IMG/VR virus record: IMGVR_UViG_3300048849_000161
Coordinates: 1 to 40,935 of that record
Direction: 5' to 3' (one strand)
Source: a virus
Taxonomy: Duplodnaviria; Caudoviricetes
Length of the DNA: 40,935 bases
This document shows positions 35,838-40,935 of the stretch, one piece after another. Positions within the stretch are counted from its first letter, which is position 1, and each line of letters starts with the position of its first letter. The notes beneath the pieces were generated by a model, which did not search any database, was not told the origin of the DNA, and saw only the letters and a program-made list of their open reading frames with translations. A program made the position numbers and the translations under genes.

Positions 35838-38213
35838 ATGGCACTCGTCACCTATACGGCGCAGAACATTTTCGCTCCGGCCGATGAAAACGGCACGCCG
35901 CGCTCCGCGAGCCTGCAGCAGATGCAGGTATGGGGAACCGAGGTTGAGGCGATCGTCAACGCGACGGCCACGGCTGCTTCTGTGTTCGATACGCGTGCCA
36001 GCCTCTACGCGAATCTGGCCTATGCCGCGAACACCATGGCTTGGGTGCTGAACGATCCAACCGCGGCATACAACGGCATTTACCGCAAATCAGGCGGGTC
36101 TGGATCCGGGCTGTGGACGCGGGTTGCCGATCTTCCCTATGGACTGATCGTCGCGAGCAATGCCGGCCTCGGCACTCCCAACGACATCGATGCGGTCAGC
36201 GCTCTTCCGATCTCGAATTCGTCGCTGGTCCTTCTGAACATTGCCGAAACCAACACCTCTTCGCCGGTCACGGTGAAGTTCAATGGCGGCTCTCCGCTGA
36301 CAGTGAAGACCTCCTCCGGGCAGGATCCTCTGGCGGGAGGGCTGGTCGCCGGCATGGTTGTGCTGGGGTCTGTCTCCGGCTCGACGTTTCGGCTGCTAAC
36401 CGACCAGGCATCCGCCGCTATCGTTGCGCAGGCAGAGGCGTTCGCCGAGCAGGCGGAAACTGCCAAGGACCAAGCAGCTGCCTATGCTGCCGGGCTGAAT
36501 ATGCCAGCGGTAACCGTGAAGGACGTTGGCAAGACTGTCATTGTCGCCCCAGGCGGCACGGGCTTTCAGGTCTCCAACTTTTCCGACTACGTAAAGGGTG
36601 GTCGACGGTCCGAGGGTCAGGAGACGGCGGAAGGAAAGCGAGTTGAAACAAACACAGTAGGCGCGCAAAACATCTATCTGTTCGTCTGCAAGATGTCACA
36701 ATACACGGGAGCACGAATTGAAGTCGAAGCATTCGGAAACGTTGGCGGGGTTGAATTCGGTCACATTTACCGAACGTTCGACGCCTTCAGGGTCGCGTCT
36801 TCGACGTCACCTGTTGTGCGAGCGAATACGCCCGATGTTTGGACCCCAACCGTATTCGGCGGCGGCAGTGCGCCTGCGGGCTTCTTTTCTCTTGGCACCG
36901 GCCCGGATGGCGACGACCAGTTCCTCGTAGCGGTTGCGCTGACCTCGTCCGCAGCGTCGACATTCATCGTACCAAGAGCCCGGATCATGGGCGAGTACGT
37001 CTCGTTCGGGGCTGTTGATAAAAGCCAGCTCAACAAAGACGTCAATGACGTGAGGATATTCCCTGTCACCGGCCAGTCCAATGCGCAGGGGTACAATTCT
37101 CAGATCTTCACAACGCTGGCGGTCCTTGATCAAGGGCGCGCGCAGATGTTCAATCGCGGCTTGCGAACCAACATCGACCTAACCGACGCAAGCGAAGCCA
37201 TCACCGATTCCGCGATCCGCGCCCTTGTGGACGCTCGCGAAAGCCTTCCCGAAGATGGGACGTTCTCGTTTCAGACGACGGGCACGACTTTCATGAACAG
37301 GTATCTGAAAACAGTCCCTTCCAGCGTTGGGGCCGTTACCATCAACGCTGCGGTCGGTGCGCAGGCCTACTCGGCACTTAAGTCTGGGACAATCCCATTC
37401 AACAATCTGGTCACGGCGGTGAACAAGGCGCGATCCATTGTCGGTGGCGAGACCAGGGCGCACAGCATCCCGGCGATCATTTGTGAGCACGGGGAAAGCA
37501 ACGGTGGTGACAGTGCGGCCACATATGCCGCTCACCTTCTGGAGTGGCAGTCGGACTACAACACCGCGCTTGCGGACGGGCACGAAATCCCGTTCCTCGG
37601 AAGCCAATACTCGCACGCGTCAGGAGGCGGTCCTCAGGAGGCATGGTTGGCAACGGCGCTGGCATATCCGAGCAGGTTCATTCTGGTCGGTGCCCGTTAC
37701 AACTTCGATTACACCGACGGTGTCCACCTGAATGGTCCATCGGTTGCACGGTATGGATATTACCAGGCGAGGGCGCTGAAGCTGTGGGAAGATGGCCAGA
37801 CCCAGCCGTTCATGTACATCGAAAGTGCCGTGAAAACCGGAAACCAGATCATCGCAAAGGTGCATATGCCGATCGCTGGGACGTCCCTTGTGATCGACAC
37901 CACGGAAGTGACGAACCCCGGCGGCGCCAATCCATACGGCCTGCGATACGAAGACAGCCTGGGGCAAACCATCGCGTCTGTCGGGCTGAACGGGACTGAC
38001 GAGATAGTCATCAACTTGTCAGGGTCGTCTGCTGCGACCGGCAAGAAGCTCTACGTTGCCCTAAACCCAGGCTCCGGTACAGGCGGCAGGACGACGGGTC
38101 CACGGGCCAACTTCCGGGATAACAACCCAGACAACGCCTACATCGACAGTGTTGGGTCGGTGAACTTGTTCAATTGGCTCGTCCACCAGACAATCGATGT
38201 AACGGGAACCTAG
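35838..38213 (+). CDS. Tail spike/fibre with SGNH (SASA-like) acetylesterase domain
   Basis: N-terminal virion anchor; GQSNA, HGESN and DGVHL motifs. Confidence 0.82.
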   Translation: MALVTYTAQNIFAPADENGTPRSASLQQMQVWGTEVEAIVNATATAASVFDTRASLYANLAYAANTMAWVLNDPTAAYNGIYRKSGGSGSGLWTRVADLPYGLIVASNAGLGTPNDIDAVSALPISNSSLVLLNIAETNTSSPVTVKFNGGSPLTVKTSSGQDPLAGGLVAGMVVLGSVSGSTFRLLTDQASAAIVAQAEAFAEQAETAKDQAAAYAAGLNMPAVTVKDVGKTVIVAPGGTGFQVSNFSDYVKGGRRSEGQETAEGKRVETNTVGAQNIYLFVCKMSQYTGARIEVEAFGNVGGVEFGHIYRTFDAFRVASSTSPVVRANTPDVWTPTVFGGGSAPAGFFSLGTGPDGDDQFLVAVALTSSAASTFIVPRARIMGEYVSFGAVDKSQLNKDVNDVRIFPVTGQSNAQGYNSQIFTTLAVLDQGRAQMFNRGLRTNIDLTDASEAITDSAIRALVDARESLPEDGTFSFQTTGTTFMNRYLKTVPSSVGAVTINAAVGAQAYSALKSGTIPFNNLVTAVNKARSIVGGETRAHSIPAIICEHGESNGGDSAATYAAHLLEWQSDYNTALADGHEIPFLGSQYSHASGGGPQEAWLATALAYPSRFILVGARYNFDYTDGVHLNGPSVARYGYYQARALKLWEDGQTQPFMYIESAVKTGNQIIAKVHMPIAGTSLVIDTTEVTNPGGANPYGLRYEDSLGQTIASVGLNGTDEIVINLSGSSAATGKKLYVALNPGSGTGGRTTGPRANFRDNNPDNAYIDSVGSVNLFNWLVHQTIDVTGT

Positions 38214-38362
38214 CGGGTATTGGAGCAAAGTAGCGATGGCGCAAATATGGAGACCGCGCCACCTGCGTTGCTTTCGCAACTCGCCGAAGGGGCAAATGCC
38301 ATCAGCAGGCCAATAACTGCCATGGCGAGGACTGCATTGGTGATGGTGTCTATCTTGCTCAT
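38210..38362 (-). CDS. 50-aa membrane peptide (moron-like; not in ORF track)
   Basis: MSKIDTITNAVLAMAVIGLLMAFAPSASCESNAGGAVSIFAPSLLCSNTR; upstream TTGAGA-17 bp-TATTTA. Confidence 0.5.
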   Translation of the reverse strand: MSKIDTITNAVLAMAVIGLLMAFAPSASCESNAGGAVSIFAPSLLCSNTR

Positions 38363-38488
38363 GGAAGCTTAAATACCAGCCTATCGCGCCGATCTCAATA
38401 CCCTCTCAAAGACGAGACAGACCTTACGTCCGCACTCCATCGGCCACCCATAGCCGAAGACTGACCATCCGAAGATCAGGAGACCACC

Positions 38489-39193
38489 ATGACCGTGCAC
38501 GACGTGCAGCGGCGCCTTGTCGCGCTTGGCTTTCCCCTCCCGAAGTTCGGCGCGGACGGAGACTTCGGCAATGAGACGCAGGACGCCATAGGGAAGGCGC
38601 TGGACGAGCTTGAACGCCTCCGGGGCGGGAAGGTGCCGGCCAAGCCGTTGGCCGCGCCTGTGGTCGTCCGTGAGGCAATCGTTCCCGACGACTGGATGCC
38701 GGCCGCGAAGATGCAGCGGATCATCTGCCACTGGACGGCCGGCACGCACAAGGCCACCGACTTCGACCGCGGGCACTACCACATCCTGATCGAGGATGAC
38801 GGCAAGCCTGTCCGCGGCAAGCCCTCCATCAAGCTCAACGAGGCACCGGCGAAGGCCGGCTATGCGGCCCACACGCTGAGCTGCAACAGCGGCTCGATCG
38901 GCGTGTCTCTCTGCTGCATGGGTGGCTCAACCGAATCCCCGTTCGATCCCGGCAAATATCCGATGACCGCAAAGCAGTGGGAGGCGCTGTCCACCGTCGT
39001 TGCGGAACTGTGCCGGCGCTACTCGATCCCGGTCACCGACACGACAGTCCTCTCCCATGCCGAGGTGCAGAACAACCTCGGCATCACCCAACGCGGGAAA
39101 TGGGATTTCACGAGGCTCGCCTTCGACCTCTCGGTGAAGGGCGCCAAGGCATGCGGCGACAAGCTGCGGGCCGAAGTCAAAGCCAAACTCTAG
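38489..39193 (+). CDS. Endolysin: peptidoglycan-binding domain plus N-acetylmuramoyl-L-alanine amidase
   Basis: VQRRLVALGF..GADGDFGNET; IICHWTAG, YHILI, AHT..NSGSIGVSL, VLSHAEV. Confidence 0.92.
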   Translation: MTVHDVQRRLVALGFPLPKFGADGDFGNETQDAIGKALDELERLRGGKVPAKPLAAPVVVREAIVPDDWMPAAKMQRIICHWTAGTHKATDFDRGHYHILIEDDGKPVRGKPSIKLNEAPAKAGYAAHTLSCNSGSIGVSLCCMGGSTESPFDPGKYPMTAKQWEALSTVVAELCRRYSIPVTDTTVLSHAEVQNNLGITQRGKWDFTRLAFDLSVKGAKACGDKLRAEVKAKL

Positions 39194-39221
39194 CCCAGCC
39201 CCATCACGAGGAACCGAACCC

Positions 39222-39539
39222 ATGAAGTCTCTGCCCATCCTGGCAGCGGCAGCCATTGGCTTGTCCGCTTGCACCACCTTGGACGGCTCGCTGGAAAGCA
39301 GCGTGTCTTCCACCTGCCGCATCGCCAACACCACCTATGCCGCCTTCTTTGTGGCCTCTACGGCGGGCGAGTGGCCGGAGCGCACCGTAAACCGCGTCGA
39401 AGCCGCCTATGCCTCTCTCGACGCCGTCTGTGACGATCCGGACGGCATCAGGACGGAAGACCTGCCGCTGATCGTCGCCAATGCCTACGCCAACTTCATC
39501 AAGGCTACGAGAGAAGCTCGAGCCGCAGCAAAGGAGTAA
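39222..39539 (+). CDS. Lipoprotein (possible spanin component)
   Basis: Signal peptide with lipobox LSAC; lysis cassette. Confidence 0.7.
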   Translation: MKSLPILAAAAIGLSACTTLDGSLESSVSSTCRIANTTYAAFFVASTAGEWPERTVNRVEAAYASLDAVCDDPDGIRTEDLPLIVANAYANFIKATREARAAAKE

Positions 39540-39543
39540 CCCC

Positions 39544-39717
39544 ATGTCCAACTATTCGAAAGCAATCGGCGCGGCTATCGGCGGCGCGGTCGTGGGCACC
39601 GCAGGTCTGCCGGCAATGCCGGATGACACGCCCTGGTACGGCTACATCATCCTCTACGCGATCTCGATCAGCGTGCCGGCACTGCTGACATACCTCGCGC
39701 CGAAGAACACCCCCTGA
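39544..39717 (+). CDS. Putative holin
   Basis: 57 aa, two hydrophobic segments, ends TYLAPKN; SD AAGGAG. Confidence 0.6.
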   Translation: MSNYSKAIGAAIGGAVVGTAGLPAMPDDTPWYGYIILYAISISVPALLTYLAPKNTP

Positions 39718-39756
39718 CCATCCGTCGGCTCTACTTCTATCGCAGTTAGGAAAAGC

Positions 39757-40116
39757 ATGAGCCCGCAAGTGGAAGAAGAGCCGATGCCGGATGTCCCCCA
39801 CGAACTCAAGCGGATCGAGCATTACCTCACCCGACACGGTGAGATCATGTCGTCCTACAATGACAGGCTGACGCTCATGGATGCGAGGCTGAAGCTTGTC
39901 GAGGAATACACGGTGACGCGAAAGATCGCCGAGGCCCGCGAAGACGAACGCGACAAGGCCCTCTATGCGCGGCTGGACCGAATGGACGGCAAGATGAACA
40001 CCATTGAAACGGACGTGAACGGCATCAAGGGGCTGGGAACGAAAGCCCTCGGCATTGTCGGGAGCGCCCTGCTGGTAGCTCTTGTCGCGTGGGTGCTGAA
40101 AGGAAATCTCGTATGA
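39757..40116 (+). CDS. Coiled-coil protein with C-terminal transmembrane helix
   Basis: C-terminal ALGIVGSALLVALVAWVL; lysis region. Confidence 0.7.
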   Translation: MSPQVEEEPMPDVPHELKRIEHYLTRHGEIMSSYNDRLTLMDARLKLVEEYTVTRKIAEAREDERDKALYARLDRMDGKMNTIETDVNGIKGLGTKALGIVGSALLVALVAWVLKGNLV

Positions 40117-40538
40117 TCCGGCGGTTCCTTGATCTTGTCCTCTCAGCCCTAGGAGCCGCGGTTCTTGTCGTCGCCGTGCTCATCCTCGGGCCTGAAATTG
40201 AGACGCGGGTTAACCCCGTCTATTCCAAGTTCACCATCCTCTCTATCGTCGGGCAGCCTGACGGCACGTCGAAGGTGGTGTTCCGGTATCGCAAAGAGCG
40301 GCAGTGCGATCCGCAGGGCTTCTCCTGGTACGTGGGAGAGCCTGGGGCAGCGTTCCGGCAGTTGAAGGTGACTCCGGCCGATCCGAGCGAGGCAACGCCT
40401 GTGCGGCCTATAGGCGAGAATACGAGCGTCCCCTACGTCATCGACGCTACACCGGAGCAGCTGATCGAGCGGGGATACGGCGAGATCTTCAACCGCTGCC
40501 ACGCCGCATGGACGTCCAGAACGATAATCTACCCCTAG
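40113..40538 (+). CDS. Membrane-anchored protein
   Basis: N-terminal TM, two Cys; ATGA-coupled. Confidence 0.7.
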   Translation: MIRRFLDLVLSALGAAVLVVAVLILGPEIETRVNPVYSKFTILSIVGQPDGTSKVVFRYRKERQCDPQGFSWYVGEPGAAFRQLKVTPADPSEATPVRPIGENTSVPYVIDATPEQLIERGYGEIFNRCHAAWTSRTIIYP

Positions 40539-40552
40539 CCGCACCAGTTGAC

Positions 40553-40651
40553 CTAGAACCAGCCCATTGTCGCGCCCGTCTGCATGACGGCACTGAAGAG
40601 AGCAATGCCCACGCCAATCAGCAGCAGCAGATAGATCCACCAGTCTTGCAT
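40553..40651 (-). CDS. 32-aa hydrophobic peptide (not in ORF track)
   Basis: MQDWWIYLLLLIGVGIALFSAVMQTGATMGWF. Confidence 0.35.
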   Translation of the reverse strand: MQDWWIYLLLLIGVGIALFSAVMQTGATMGWF

Positions 40652-40666
40652 TTGACTGACCCCACA

Positions 40667-40701
40667 CGCCCCTCGTGCCTCACGGTGCGAGGGGCGCTTT
40701 T
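40667..40701 (+). terminator. Intrinsic terminator ending the late operon
   Basis: CGCCCCTCG...CGAGGGGCG stem followed by CTTTT, between convergent genes. Confidence 0.7.
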
Positions 40702-40707
40702 CTGCGT

Positions 40708-40935
40708 TCAGCCCGCCCGCTCTCCGGTGCATCGGTCCTTCGTGATGATACGCGATCTCTCGCGAAGTTGAAGAGTCGTCTGGGGATGGTAGTGCTTGAG
40801 CAGTTCCGCATAGGTGGAGCGCGCTGCTGCAATGTTGTTGGCGCCGGCGATCGGCTTGTCCGGCGCCCCAGGCTGGTCGACCAGCTCGATCATATGCAGG
40901 AACGGGTCTTGGTAGAAGTCGGCTCGAATGGCCAT
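40708..40935 (-). CDS. Hypothetical protein
   Basis: 75 aa, convergent with late operon at window edge. Confidence 0.65.
   Translation of the reverse strand: MAIRADFYQDPFLHMIELVDQPGAPDKPIAGANNIAAARSTYAELLKHYHPQTTLQLRERSRIITKDRCTGERAG

Larger units (their letters stand above)
1..40935. mobile_element. Temperate lambdoid siphovirus prophage (HK97-type head, long non-contractile tail), probably of a Rhizobiales host
   Basis: Complete ordered module set: int-xis-recombination-immunity-replication-packaging-head-tail-lysis; divergent early arms around cI/cro. Confidence 0.97.

Noticed and set aside
1-40935. attL/attR core repeats
   Set aside because: The window begins at the int stop codon and ends at an ORF start; no terminal direct repeat seen, so att sites probably lie outside.
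35838-40935. Diversity-generating retroelement or invertible tail-fibre system
   Set aside because: No reverse transcriptase, invertase or template repeat seen.

Overview
The window is an essentially complete ~41 kb temperate siphovirus prophage with lambdoid organisation, trimmed at the integrase stop codon and at the start of the last ORF, so att sites are not visible. The host is inferred to be an alphaproteobacterium, probably Rhizobiales (GapR homolog, GTTC-N7-GTTC LexA box, GTA-like tail proteins). The leftward early arm carries int, xis, small genes, an HNH protein, Gp37Gp68, RecT and RecE. The immunity region has five CGGT-N6-ACCG operators. The rightward early arm carries cro, GapR, a RusA-like nuclease, a DNA methyltransferase, replication genes and two DnaA domain-IV proteins. 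These are followed by HK97-type packaging/head genes, a long non-contractile tail (TAC -1 frameshift, lysozyme-bearing tape measure, esterase tail spike) and a lysis cassette. The most unusual part is 8.8-10.9 kb. It holds an HTH-only repressor, an antisense-overlapping gene under a perfect LexA box (candidate antirepressor), and a free-standing, catalytically dead CI-type S24 domain in front of a DUF2441/ADP-ribosyltransferase-like gene. It also holds a winged-HTH gene with an iteron-like array, which looks like the detached N-terminal half and origin of a replication initiator whose C-terminal half lies about 6 kb away. All protein family calls come from motif recognition by eye; no database search was run.
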